Shown here: positions 1 to 12,967 of the stretch, in pieces
Layout: the number at the start of each line of letters is the position of its first letter
Position numbering within the stretch: the first letter of the stretch is position 1
Notes under the pieces: model-generated
Told to the model about the DNA's origin: nothing
The model's input: only the letters and a program-made list of their open reading frames with translations
Databases searched by the model: none
Program-made: the position numbers and the translations under genes
NCBI GenBank assembly: GCA_951406725.2
Contig: OX597823.1
Location: 11,408,001-11,472,000 of the forward strand
Origin: Octopus vulgaris
Taxonomy: Eukaryota
Reading direction: 5' to 3'
DNA: 64,000 nt

Positions 1-49
1 ACACAATCAGTCATAACATTTCTCTTTGAAAACTAATGCCTTTTGAGTG

Positions 50-302
50 AATTTGGTAGGTGGAAACTGTGTGGAAGCCTGTTGTGTGAGTGTGTGTGTG
101 TGTGTGTGTTTGTCCCTCCCACACTTCTTGACCACTAGTGTTGGTTTGTTTACAGCCCCATTACTTAGTAGTTCAGCAAAAGAAACTGATAGAATAAGCA
201 CCAGGCTTAAAAGATAAGAACTAGGGTCAATCTGTTTGACCAAACCATTTCAAGGTGAGTGCTGCAGAATGGCACATTCAGAGACTGAAACAAGTAAAAG
301 AT
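50..302 (+). mobile_element. Diverged, 5'-truncated SINE family A copy
   Basis: Similar to the family A body (gatttggtag..gaaactg, tgtttgtccc, gatagaataag) and ends in the family tail gactgaaacaagtaaaag; full copy at 52015-52410. Confidence 0.75.
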
Positions 303-1297
303 GGAAGATCCATTAATCATTAGAGATTAACAATCCTGTAAGGGAAAATTTGGTTTAGAGTTTCAGGGTTAGGGTTTAAGATTAGGATTTTGGGTTAAGG
401 TGTAGAGTTTAGAGTTACTCAGACAAGGATAGCCAATATAAAGATCTGGGAAAGGCATTGAAATTGGACTTTTTAAAGGCAAATTTATGGCTTTATGTAC
501 CATTTGTCTCTTTCAAAATAGTGTTCTCCCTGGTTGGTACATCCAACATTTTCTTTCCAGATTTGGAATGCATTTTCAAAGGCAGTGCATGGATGTCATT
601 GCTGATTTTCTTTGACACTGTCTTTTGTCTGAAATTATTGGCCTTTCAGGGTGGATCTCTAACATGGGCACAACAAAAGTCTTCAGAGACCAAATTTGAA
701 GATAAGGAAGGTAACTGGGAACAAGAGACATCTCATGCACTGCCAAACTTCTGGCTCTGGAGTGATTCATGAGTACAGTGTCATAGTGCAGCAGCCATGG
801 TTTAAGCCTCTTTCCTTTGTGCTTATTTTCTCAAATGCCTGAGGACATCCATGTAAAACTCTTTATTAATTCTGATTATATGGAACAAAAACCTGATGAA
901 TGACACCCTTCCATAAAAAAAAAAAACAACAAACAAAACAAACAAAAAATTAAGACACCTATCACATCCCTTTCATCTGAGTGACTCTGTACTTTTTTTT
1001 TGTGGCTGCAACAATGATCCAACATCCTATGGCGACTACTTTTTTTTGTTTCAACATTGTGACCTTCATAAAACCTGTATACCCATGTTTCTTCCTTTGT
1101 CACATTTTTCCATAAAGTTTTAATCAGCATTTAACCAGTCAAACTACTTGGTAGAGTGGAAGATTAAGTAGCTTGTAGTATTATTAACTTATTCTCTCCC
1201 TTCATGTTTTGGGTCATGACTTTTCTTCTTCTTTGGCAGTTGATAGAATAAAAACTAATCAATTGCTGGGCTGAGCTTGAATTTCATCACCATCCTT

Positions 1298-1516
1298 TTA
1301 ACTCTTTCATTTCTGTATCTATTTTGAGATGCTCTGTTTCTTTCAATAACATACAAAGAATTTAGTAAAATAACTTAATTATCATTATGTAAGTGTTAGG
1401 AACATAAATTGTGACTAAGGTTTGGTGGAAGATTTTAATTCAAAACTTATGAAAACAAGACATTTGTAATACAGAGCCAGAGCTGGTTTCAGCCGGGTCA
1501 GTATTGAAAGGGTTAA
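1298..1516 (+). mobile_element. piggyBac-type MITE family 1, diverged copy
   Basis: TTAA at 1298 and 1513; right end gtattgaaagggTTAA; body similar to 1569-1796. Confidence 0.75.
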
Positions 1517-1568
1517 GCAGGTGTTATTGACCTAAAATTTTGAAGGAAGGTTTTTAACTTAGATCACT

Positions 1569-1796
1569 TTAACCCTTTTGTTACTGTATTTATTTTGAGA
1601 TGCTCTGTGTTTCTTTCAATTACTTTAAATATAACGAGGAATTTAGTAAAACAACTTAGTTATCTTTAAGCTAGTGTTACGAACATAAATTGTGACTAAG
1701 GTTTGGTGGAAGATTTTAATTCAAAACTTATGAAAACAAGGCATTTGTACTCAGAGCCAGAACCGGTTTCAGCTGGGTTGGTAATGAAAGGGTTAA
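1569..1796 (+). mobile_element. piggyBac-type MITE family 1
   Basis: TTAA-cccttttgttac ... gtaatgaaaggg-TTAA: short TIRs beginning CCC, flanked by TTAA. Same body at 32474 (inverted) and 42380. Confidence 0.85.
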
Positions 1797-2694
1797 GTTT
1801 AGTTAGAAATCATTATTAGTCTGTTTCTCAATTTCTCTCCCTCTCATATATTTCTACATACCATGGAAGCAACAAAAGCAAAGTGAAATTATTTGGGGTA
1901 AAGTCAAAATACAGGTATCTAATTGTCAAATTTGGTACCTGACATAAATACTTAAACACACACACACACACACTCTCTCTCTCTCTCTCCGGCACACAGT
2001 GTGACAGCTTGATATACAAAGCATACATACACATACAGACATACACAAACATACAGTATACATTATATGGACAATTGCTCATTACTCTACAGTGTCCTCT
2101 GAAAACAAGATCTGGCAGCTATTACCGGTTAACTGGTTGAACTGTCACATACACACATGCATACACATTTACTTGCTGTCTCTTGCTCACACACACACAC
2201 AAATACACACCATTTCCATCACCGTTTCCAGAACAGTCTATTGATGTCTCCTGAACAGAAAGTCTCCAGGCCAACAATCTTCTGTTCAATTATCTCTGAC
2301 TTGATGGCACTAGACATATGGAAATGTTAGGTCATGCTGTCAACCAGGATATATATTCTTTTTTTACATTACACACACACATGTATGTGTGTTTGTGAAT
2401 GCTTTTATGTCCTAGATAAGCTGTCTTAGCAATAAAATAGGCCAGATGAGGATGGCAGAAGGGTAAAGTGCCAGAATATAGTATTTCATTGCAACATTTG
2501 GTGTTAGTTCTGTAAGCCAGAAATCAAATTCTACCATTAATTCCCTCAAAGTTGATGAAAGAAATAGTTGGAATTTACTGAAGTTGATTTGGTCAAGTAC
2601 ACCCCCATCCTTAGAGATTCATAGTCATCAATGGACCAAAGTGTGAAGCCACCACTGCCATCACCACTACCACCATCATCATCACCATCATTAC

Positions 2695-2910
2695 TATGAG
2701 AGCTGCTAGAATCAGCATGTTGGATGAAATGCATAGTGACATATCTTCTGGTTCTTTACATTCTGAGTTCGAATACTGTTGAGGTCGGCTTTGCCGTTCA
2801 TCATTTCAGAGTTAATAAAATAAAGTGCCAATCAAATACTGGGGTTGATGTAATTAAATAACCTCCTCCCTACTAAAATTGTTGTCTTTGAGCCCAAATC
2901 TGAAACAATT
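2695..2910 (+). mobile_element. SINE family D, diverged
   Basis: gagctgctagaatc...ttctgagttcgaat...gaggtcggctttgcc..tcatc...ctggggttgatgtaat matches the better copy at 5447. Confidence 0.65.
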
Positions 2911-3614
2911 CTTACTATGAGGATGCAGAGTGGCAAAATCAAAGTATCAGACAAAATTCTTTGCAATTAATTATATTCCAATATATTCTAAGTTTGCCAT
3001 CAGTGTCTGTTTTGCCATTTATTATTCTGGGGGCATGTACCAGTAATGTACGAAGACAAACTGTCTTGCAGTGGTGGAATTGTAGAAACAGGAAAATACT
3101 AGATAACTTATAGTGTGTTCTGATTCCACTCTAGATTGATTTTGGCTTTCATTCTTTTGGAGTTGATGAAATAGATAGCAATTGGGCATGGCTGTGGAGT
3201 TAAGAAACTCACTTCCCAACCACATAGTTTTAGGTTCAGTCCCACTGGGCTTCTGTTGAAGCTCCGAGCTGACCAAAGCTTTACAAATAGATTTGGTAGA
3301 TGGAAACTGAAAGAAGCTTATTTCATTTGTGAACCTGTAGAAAACGAACTTCCACTAACTATTCTGCTTATTTGTGCTCTCCTTTCAATGCAATGTATGT
3401 TAGAAGGTCTGCAAATCTAACGGAGGCCTAAAAAAGATATTTTAAGATCCTCAATGATCTGAGCTTAACTGCAGCTCTTGGTCCAAACTGGATATGCAAT
3501 CTCTGTGGGTGTCTTTTCATAATATTGTCTGGTTTAAAAAGTCACATCAGATACCATGATTGTTCTAAGGTGTAGGTACAGGTGATGGTTGTACTCTGCA
3601 TAAGTAGACAACCA

Positions 3615-3662
<48 letters not shown>

Positions 3663-3667
3663 CTGTG

Positions 3668-3831
3668 TGATATGACAGGCTTCTTCCAGTTTCTGTCTAC
3701 AAAATCCACTCACAAGGCTTTGGTCAGCCCAAGGCTGTAGTAGAAGACACTTGTCCAAGGTGCCATGCAGTGGGATTGGACCCATGTGGTTGGGAAGCAA
3801 GCTTCTTACGACACTGCCATGCCTGTGCCTA
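3668..3831 (-). mobile_element. SINE family A, 5' (tRNA-like head) half
   Basis: Reverse complement of the family A head (cccactgcatggcaccttggacaagtgtcttctactacagcc), ending at a (TA)n tract. Confidence 0.75.
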
Positions 3832-4401
3832 TGTGCAGTGTTTGATTTTTTTTTTCTTTACTGTGGAAGGAGGCAAGAATAATATGACTCCAATGGGGAT
3901 TGCTTTTTGAGGTTTTTGTTCATAGAATTAATGCAAGTTGTTTGTGGAACAACACTTGGTTCAGAAGGTTAGGGATAATATCATTTGCATAGGAATGGTC
4001 ACTGTTGGATGTGATGACATGTACATCATTGATGTATAAAAGCAGATATGGAAGATAAAGCACAAAGCCTGAGGTCCTCCCTCCCCGAGATGATTGCTGG
4101 GCAAGAAAGATAAAGAGAGCAAGAACTCCATCAGCATATACTATGAAAGTTTAATCTGATGGAATGTTAGTGATAGGTGGACTATTTTGATAGGACATTG
4201 GCATACAGTTGGATGAAAGCTTTTCTGATTTTGAACTCACTAGTTACTGACATGGGAGGATAGATCTCTGGGAGATTTGGTTTTTATCAAATCTGTTGTG
4301 GTGAAGAACATTGTTGCTAATGGATGTCTCTGTCATCTTTGAGATGCTTTAATTTTACTGCAATTGGTATGCAGTTGTTTTCTCAACACCTGCACATGAA
4401 T

Positions 4402-4556
4402 ATCATCATCATCATCATCATCGTTTAACGTCCGTTCTCCATGCTAGCATGGGTTGGACTGTTCAACCGGGGATCTGCACCAGGCTCCAGTCTTATCTGG
4501 CAATGTTTCTTTAGCTGGATGCCCTTCCTAACGCCAACCACTCCGTGAGTGTAGTG
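4402..4556 (-). mobile_element. SINE family B 3' part (RTE-like tail)
   Basis: Reverse complement of ggaagggcatccagct...gcatggagaacggacgttaaacg(atg)n. Confidence 0.8.
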
Positions 4557-5446
4557 CATATTCCTACATATTAACACACACACACACACACACATACACA
4601 TAGACATTTCACTCTTCTATCTTTTAAGGTCACAAATGCATGTGAATGTTAAAGATAGACAGATAGTGAGTGGTATGAGAGTGAAAGGTTGAGAGATTGG
4701 TTGAAAGATAGCATGTTAGACAGTGAGAGCAGGTGTTGAGAAATTAAGCAGATTTTACAATAAACAACCCCACAGTTTAAATCTAAAAGAAAATACCACA
4801 AATATTTATTGTGTTGTTTTCTGATAGCCGTATTCCTGGAGCGCTGTGTGTCACATAGTACATAGGGTCAATAGCTAAATGCTATTTAACAAAGCAGAGT
4901 AGCCTATAATTAAACTCTGGTTTCCTCCCTATAAAACTAACACAAACAAACAAAATGGTTGATAACCTGCAGAAAATATCTCTGATTTCATTGGTCGTAT
5001 TTTATACAGTGGATTTTGTGCATGTTTTTTTTTTTAATATATAAAGATTTAGAAGAATATTCCTTTTTTTTTTTTACCTAGGTACTAGAGTCCTTGTTTT
5101 TTTTTTATTTCAAAATGAAAGAGAAATGTAAAACTGAAAATCATTCTTTTCCTATTGATATCTGTGAAATTCATTTATTTTGGGTCACTACTGATATCAG
5201 GCTGCGGTCTTAATTTTCCAGGAGGAACTTTCCACAATGACTCAACAACAGTGACCACCTCTCAAAAAGTGCCTCCACCATACACGCAAATAAATGCCCT
5301 TCCCACACACATATACATGAATGGCTCAGTATAGTGTGTCAATGTTTATGTGGTGAGGCATTTGTTGCTGTTTATCTCGTCTTCTCTTGTGGAACGCATC
5401 TGTAATCAGATGTGTTCTAACTTTGATAATAATTTTATCCCTTATA

Positions 5447-5680
5447 AGGCAGTGAGCTAGCAGAAATGTTAGCATGCAGGGCAAAATGCTTAGCAGTATT
5501 TCATCTGCTACTACATTCTGAGTTCAAATTCCGTTGAGGTCGACTTTGCCTTTCATCCTTTTGGGGTCAATTAAATAAGTACCAGTTATGCACTGGGGTC
5601 GATGTAATCAACTTAATCCCTTTGTCTGTCTGTGTTTGTCCCCTCTATGTTTAGCTCCCTGTAAGCAATAAAGAAATAAA
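5447..5680 (+). mobile_element. SINE family D (tRNA-like head plus conserved central domain)
   Basis: B-box-like gagttcaaattcc, then gtcgactttgcctttcatccttttggggtc..ataagtaccag. This resembles conserved SINE core domains of the Meta/Nin type (assignment not verified). Diverged copies at about 6120-6325, 53380-53480, 54370-54510 and 56768-56960. Confidence 0.75.
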
Positions 5681-6351
5681 TGATTTTATCCCTTAGTAGA
5701 GTGACCTTTATTAAAGAAGGTAGCATGTTATTTCAGAGAATCTGGCTGCTCTTTCTAGCTGGTCGAGTGACTATATTAATGTGACTGTGCAGTGAAGCAT
5801 TAGTATGTGTGTATGGTGATTTAATGTGACTTCAGCAAGGCATTAGTGTGTGTGTGTGTGGTGAGTTAGTGTGTCTATCTAGTAAAGCTTTAGTGTGTTA
5901 TTTTACATGTATGTGTATGTGTGGTGAGACAATTAGCGTATGATGAAGTAAATACGTTTGTTCAAGAGCCATGTAATGAGAAGTGATGAGGCATGGTAGA
6001 TGAAAGGATAATCAGTCTAAAATAATGGAAGATAGCAAGTAATCTGAGGGAAGACTTTGGTAAATCTGGGCCTTTAACAATCCTGTACTATTAAACTAAC
6101 AATTACCAAAAGCTTGAAGATGGGTAGCTGGTAGAATCATTATCATTTCAGATGAAAAGCTCAGCAGCATTACCTCCAGCTCTTTGCTTTCTCAGTTCAA
6201 ATACTACCAAGGTCGACTTCGCCTTTCATCCTTTTGGAATTGATAAATTAAAGTACCAATCAGTGTAATGTTGATGAAATCAACTTTCCCTCACCTGAAA
6301 ATTGATGGCCTTATGCCAATATTAAAAAAAGAAATAATGTTTGAGATATGC

Positions 6352-6742
6352 TCGTGAAGACCTGTTGAGGCAAGTGAAATCACTGTCACGGCCAATGACA
6401 GTACTGCCTGATTGGCATCAGTGCCAGTGGAACGTTAAAAGCACCATTCGAGTATGATCGTTGCCAGTGCCGCCAGATTAGCTCCTGTGCAGGTGGCACA
6501 TAAAAAGCACCATTTGAGCATGGCCGATGCCAGTACTGCCTGGCTGGCCTTCGTGCCGGTGGCATGTAAAAGCACCCATTACACTCTCAGAATTGTTGGC
6601 ATTAAGAAGGGCATCCAGCTGTAGAAACTTTGCCGGATCAGACTGAGCCTGGTGCAGCCTTGTGACTCACTAGTCCTCAGTCAAAACGGCCAACCCATGC
6701 CAGCATGGAAAGTGGATATTAAAAGATGATGATGATGATGAT
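6352..6742 (+). mobile_element. SINE family B copy with internal ~60 bp repeats and (ATG)n tail
   Basis: gtgaagacctgttgaggcaagtgaaa start as at 56178; gaagggcatccagctgtagaaac; tail gcatggaaagtggatattaaaagatgatgatg. Confidence 0.75.
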
Positions 6743-6959
6743 TATATGTATGTGTATATATATATATATATATCATCATCATTTAGCATCTGCTTTCCAT
6801 GCTAGCATGGGTTGGACAAATATATACAGATATATGTATATACATACATGTGTATACATATATCTGTATATACATATGCATCCATCCATACATATTTATA
6901 TATACACACATATATGTATATATAGATATGTATATATACACACACATAGGTATATATAT

Positions 6960-6998
<39 letters not shown>

Positions 6999-8225
6999 CA
7001 TGTATATACATATATATATATACGTGTATATACATGTATATACATATATATATATGTATTGGAAGGTTTGGAGATGATGTACAGGTATTATATATTAGAA
7101 TAAATGAGGTACTTAGAAGATCGGATGGTTTATATTTACAGATATTTATTTGTATATTACATGTTTTATATATATATCATATCACTTAGATCATTATTTT
7201 CTCCCATTCTAGTGGGGTTTTCAAATCAAACTTAGTTTGAAACCCCACTAGAATGGGAGATGTAATGATCTAAGTGATATGATATATATATAAAAATGTA
7301 ATATATAAATAAATATCTGTGAATATAAACCATTCGATCTTCTGATACCTCATTTCTTCTAATATATATATATGTATCTATATATATAGCCAGCGGGGTG
7401 GCGTCATTTGAAGACTAAAACAATGCGAACGCATTGTATATATATGATGTGCAACTACATCTGATGGACTGGTCAGTCACGTGATCACGTGATATATATA
7501 TATGCAGGTATATATGTATATATATGTATATATGTATCTATATATATATGTATGTATATATGTATATATATATCTATATATGTGTATACATATAATTGTA
7601 TATATATATGTATGTATTTGCGTGTATATATGTATATATGTATTTATATGTATTTATATGCATGTATATATATATATATATGTCTATATGCATGTATCTA
7701 TATATATATATATCTATATATGTATATATGCATGTATCTATATATATATATATATATGCATGTATCTTTATATATATGTATATATGCATGAATCTATATA
7801 TATATGTATGTATATTTGTATACATATGTATATATATATGTATATGCAATGACATGTGGTAACTGTTATATCCAATACTTTTCTCATTGGATTATGTGTT
7901 TGTTCCTCTTTTTGTTATCTGCAATTTTATTCTTGATCTTCTATATACATGAAGATTTCTCCTCCATCGTTTATCTATATCTATTTATATATATGTATGT
8001 GTATATGTATATATATGTGTGTTTATGTAAATATGTGCATACATATATATGTATAGCTATGTGTATATGTATATGTGTATATATTTGTGTATATGTATAT
8101 GTGTATATATATGTATATATATATGTACATATGTGTATGTATATGTGTATATATATGTATATATATATGTACATATGTGTATGTATATATCTACATATGT
8201 ATAAATGTATATCTATATACATGTT
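6743..8225. repeat. Degenerate (TA/TG/CA)n microsatellite field with embedded repeat fragments
   Basis: Low-complexity tatatg/tataca tracts that give rise to the YIYM-type ORFs in the track. Confidence 0.9.
7089..7368. repeat. ~280 bp imperfect palindrome
   Basis: tatattagaataaatgaggta...ctcccattctagtggggttt | aaaccccactagaatgggag...tacctcatttcttctaatata; axis near 7233. Confidence 0.9.
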
Positions 8226-8234
8226 TATCACTGA

Positions 8235-9985
8235 GAATGTAGAGGTTCTTTTCATCTCCAACTCTAGAACATCCAACATACAGCTGACCATGTGAGAAGC
8301 AAGGTTGAAGGAAGTTAACTCCCACCAACTTTGTATATTGACCTTGTGCTTTGTTGATAGACATTGCAAAGCTAAGTTTGACAGGAAACTGTTGTCTGTT
8401 GAACTGAAAAGGGTGATCATTGGAATGGTCCTTGGAATGAATACATTCTCACCCATCATGTTGCCTGTAATTATTGTTGGTTCCAAGACATGGGGCATGG
8501 CTGTTTTAACAACCAGCCTTGTTCCATTGCAGAGTCTGGGTGCATCAAGGTTTCTTAACAGCATTATGGGAGCATCTGTTTTCATGATTAGAATATGTGG
8601 TGAAAATGCTGGTGGGTGAAGGGATTTGAGGAATTCTACTGGGTAACACATTGCCAGTTCTTGTTCAGGGACAGAGTCAGTTGATCTGTATGAACATTCA
8701 TGTCCTGGAAGGTGAGACAACAAATTTAGATTGAGCTGGTCTACAGCATCATTCCTTGGTGCCAGAATTGTTCTTTTGCATAGCCACTTGTGACTTTTAT
8801 AGTTTGTGGCAGTGCTTGGAAATACCTTGCTCTTCAGCTCTTCAAGTGAGGCAGTCATATTGCCACATGGGAGGTGGTGCACACTATTTTCTGGATCTTG
8901 TGGAAGTTTTCCATTTTCACTGTCAAGTAAGTTGTTGGAGAACTGTGTGGCTAACAGGTCACCAAGAATGTGAACCCTCATGTTGGTTGTCAGAGTAAGC
9001 TGCTTGACATGTTGCCAGATATATTATGACTTGATGCAAGTTCTCAGCTCACCTGCCCTTGTTCCTCTGGGAATGAGGGGGGTGATACCACCCATGATCT
9101 TATTGTTTCTGGAGTCTTGTAGTGCTGTATCAAGCACTTCAAAGGCTGCCTTATGAGACATTGTTGCCTCATCCCAGACATTGAGTTTGGTATCTGTAAG
9201 GAGCGTTGCTAACACTGTATTCTTGGATATGTTGCAGAAAGGAGATTCATTTTGGATGAGGTTCAGTGGCAGCTTGAATGTTGCATCCAGTGGATGCAAC
9301 AGCCAGAACAAACTTCTTCTGTCTCACCTTGGCAAAAAGCAGGTTGATTAATAATGTCTTCCCTGTGCCTCCAGGAGCATCTAAGAAGAAGATCCCACCA
9401 GTGTTATTGTCCACAGATCTAAGAACTTGCCAGTATATCTCCTTTTCGTCCTGTACCAGAATTGGTTCCTTTTCATTGACAACTGCTTGCAAACCTTCCA
9501 TGTTGTATGATGTTTCCCTGATTAGCTCTTGTGCTAATCTGTGTTTAACGTCTCTGACAGGAACTGGAAGACCATATTTCAAGTTTGTTTCCACCCAGTG
9601 ATTGAACCTTGTTGTCCATTAATCTTAATGCCTCTTTGAAGAATTCACCATTGAATACGACATCACCATCACACTGATATTAAATTCTTTGAAGAATGTC
9701 TTCAGAAAGCCCCTCCTTGTATTTGTTCCAAAGTTGATTTGGATTTGACAATCCACAGTTCACCAGCATGATGGAGAAGTGGTTTCTCAGCTCCATAGGA
9801 GACTTGCACATTTGTGTCTCCGTCAGAGTGGCATCCCAGTGTGCATCATCTTGCAGAAGACCTCTAAGTTGGCAAGCCTGGCGATATGTTTGACATACTG
9901 TGTTATCAGCTCTATGTAAGGCCATAAATGATGAGGGTCCCTTGACATGGTGTAATAGAAGCCTTAGATAGTAGCACTCTGAGTA
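8235..9985 (-). mobile_element. Helitron RepHel remnant (Pif1-family helicase region), frameshifted
   Basis: Motifs occur in order across frames: YYLRLLLHHVKGPSSF...TYRQACQLRGLL (Helitron linker), FFLDAPGGTGKT (Walker A), VWDEATM (Walker B), IMLLRNLDAPRLCNGTRLVV, AMSINKAQGQ (~8338-8367) and SHGQLYVGCSRVG (~8257-8298). There are multiple frameshifts/stops, and I saw no HUH Rep domain. Confidence 0.92.
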
Positions 9986-10894
9986 TTTTTGGGGGACTGT
10001 TCCCCATTCGGGGGCGTTTCGGAACAAGCCGTCTTCTTCTTCCTGGCTCTCCTGTCTAACTACCTTTGTCCAACCAGGCGCCATGATTGACCACTAAAAG
10101 TACTTTATTTTCTCTTTATTTCCTCATGTTCCTTTCTGTTGAAGTGCATAGGCTCAAAATGTAAAATACTTTCTCACCTTCCCAAGTGTTGAGCTTAAAC
10201 ACCTGCTTGTTGTTTATACACCTGTATTCATCTTGTGTTTTTCAGAGGTATGATTGTGAGTTGGTGTGTTTGTAGTGGATGGAAGTAGTGAGAGTGGGGT
10301 TGTGTATTTTGACCGAAATATTGAGAAATGCGACAAGAGTGTTTAAAATGGTGCAAGAGAATTCAAGTGCAGAATTGGACAAAAGAGGGGAAGGAGTTTA
10401 GTTGTTCGCGGCAGAGCTAGGTTGCACCGATGCAGATATCAATATAACAACCGTATAGATCGAGATCTGTGAATCTTGAAAATATTTGAGCCTCAGTGTA
10501 TATGTATGTGTGTGTGTATGTATGTATGAATGTATATGTATGTATATATATGTTTGTATATATATATGTGTATATATATATGTATACATATGTGTATATA
10601 TATATGTATACATATATATATATAGATGTATATATAAATGTATATATATTTATGTATGTCTATGTATATATATATGTCTGTGTATGTATTTATATATGTA
10701 TATATATAAATATGTGTATGTATATATATATATATATGTATGTATGTATATGCGTATATGTATATATATGTATGTATGTATATGCGTATATGTATATATA
10801 TGTATGTATGTATATGCGTATATGTATATATATGTATTTACATATGTATATATACAGATATATATATATATATATATATTTGTGTATGTACATA

Positions 10895-10930
<36 letters not shown>

Positions 10931-11032
10931 GTTAATCCAAACATGTAAACACAAAGAGAAAACACAACAACGCGAGGACATGGAACAAGTATAGTGTTAT
11001 TGGACGCTCAGCAAAGGAAAGAAAGGAGGAGG

Positions 11033-11067
11033 ATTTAACGTTTCAAGTGGAGCTCTTCATCAGAAAC
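11033..11067 (-). ncRNA. Minimal hammerhead-ribozyme-like motif (decayed stem II)
   Basis: Minus strand reads GUUU CUGAUGA AGAGCUCCACUU GAAAC GUU AAAU: both core boxes are present, stem III is reduced to the palindrome AACGUU, and stem I is short. Confidence 0.5.
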
Positions 11068-11410
11068 ATAGGAAAAGGAAAGATCCAAAGATGGGAAGAC
11101 GGATGAAAATAAATTGCCAACGATGCACATGCGGTCACATATTGAATATAAATATATATGTGTGTGTGTATATGTATATATCTATGTCTTCATATGCATA
11201 CATGTATGTATATGTATATATCTATGTTTATATACATACATACTATATATATATATATATATATATATGTTTATATATGTATATTTATGTTTATGTATAT
11301 ATATATATGGTTATATAAGTATATGTATACATACATGTATATATATATATATGTAGATGTATATATATATTTATATATGCACATGTATATATATATATAG
11401 ATATGTTTAA

Positions 11411-11456
<46 letters not shown>

Positions 11457-12056
11457 ATATTTCTATATCTATGTATAATCGCATATATATATATATATAT
11501 ATTTATATATGTGTGTGTATATATATGTATACATAGGTTATGTATAGAAGTGCTTGTTCAGAAATGTGTGTTGAAGTGTACACAATACTCTATGCAGTCT
11601 AGTTATTGAATTCACTGTTGTCAGATCATGAATGCAATCCTGTAACGTCTCAGCTATGTGTTGTCGCTCATGTATGTGTATAACATATGTCTGTACATGG
11701 GCATTTGTATATACATCCATGTATACATATACTTATACATTTACATATAAGTGAGAATATGTTTGTTGTGTACCGAATTATGGATGCCTGTTCACATCTT
11801 TGTGTAATTAAATGCACAAATATATTGATACTTATATATACATATAAATATATATGTCTTTGTATGTGTGCAATATATATGTATGTTTTTATTTATAGAT
11901 AGATGGGCATATGTGTGTATGTTTGTGTATATGCATAGTTATAGATTTGAGTAAATTGGAATGTATTTGTATTGTGTATCTAGAAACATATATGTATGTT
12001 TTTATTTATAGATAGATGGGCATATGTGTGTATGTTTGTGTATACATATACATATA

Positions 12057-12087
<31 letters not shown>

Positions 12088-12292
12088 GTCTTTGTATGTG
12101 TGCAATATATATGTATGTTTTTATTTATAGATAGATGGGCATATGTGTGTATGTTTGTGTATACATATACATATATATATGTATATATATATATATATAT
12201 ATATGTCTTTGTATGTGTGCAATATATATGTATGTTTTTATTTATAGATAGATGGGCATATGTGTGTATGTTTGTGTATACATATACATATA

Positions 12293-12332
<40 letters not shown>

Positions 12333-12967
12333 TTTGTATGTGTGCAATATATATGTATGTCTTTGTATGTGTGCAATATATATGTATGTTTTTATTTATA
12401 GATAGATGGGCATATGTGTGTATGTTTGTGTATATGCATAGTTATAGATTTGAGTAAATTGGAATGTATTTGTATTGTGTATCTAGAAACATATAATAGG
12501 GATGCATGTATAATATTTTATTGTCAGTTGTTGCCAGGATGTGTGCCCATTCTGTTGCCCCAAGAGTAGTTCTTTTGCTTGATGATTTGAATTCATTCTC
12601 TGTTCCTGTCGAGAGAGTCATTCCTGCTGAAGTAGTGATTTGAGACATAGCTGCTCTTTGTTGTGTTCCTTGCCATGGTGGGCATTTATTTGGGGTATCA
12701 GATAAGAGGTGTTCGAGTTGTTATTTTGTCAGGTCCATATTTGCACTATGTAGATCTGTGAGGTCAGAAGACAGGGTATTTAAAAGTTGTGGACTTACTT
12801 GAGGTGAGTGGGTGGGAATATAGCACCATGGTATGGTGTCTTGCCTTATGATTATATACATACATACACATATATATATATACATATATATGTATACATA
12901 TATATGTATACATATATATGTATACATATATATGTATACATATATATGTATACATATATACATATAT

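Noticed and set aside
352-418. Interstitial telomere-like TTAGGG tract
   Set aside because: Only one exact unit in a short degenerate stretch, which is not enough to call.
889-915. CTGATGA as a hammerhead core (also 20353 and 34972)
   Set aside because: No downstream GAAA, NUH or stem I in register.
7971-8981. 336 aa ORF as a complete gene
   Set aside because: Only the middle part is in-frame Helitron helicase. It shifts out of frame near 8420 and runs into microsatellite.
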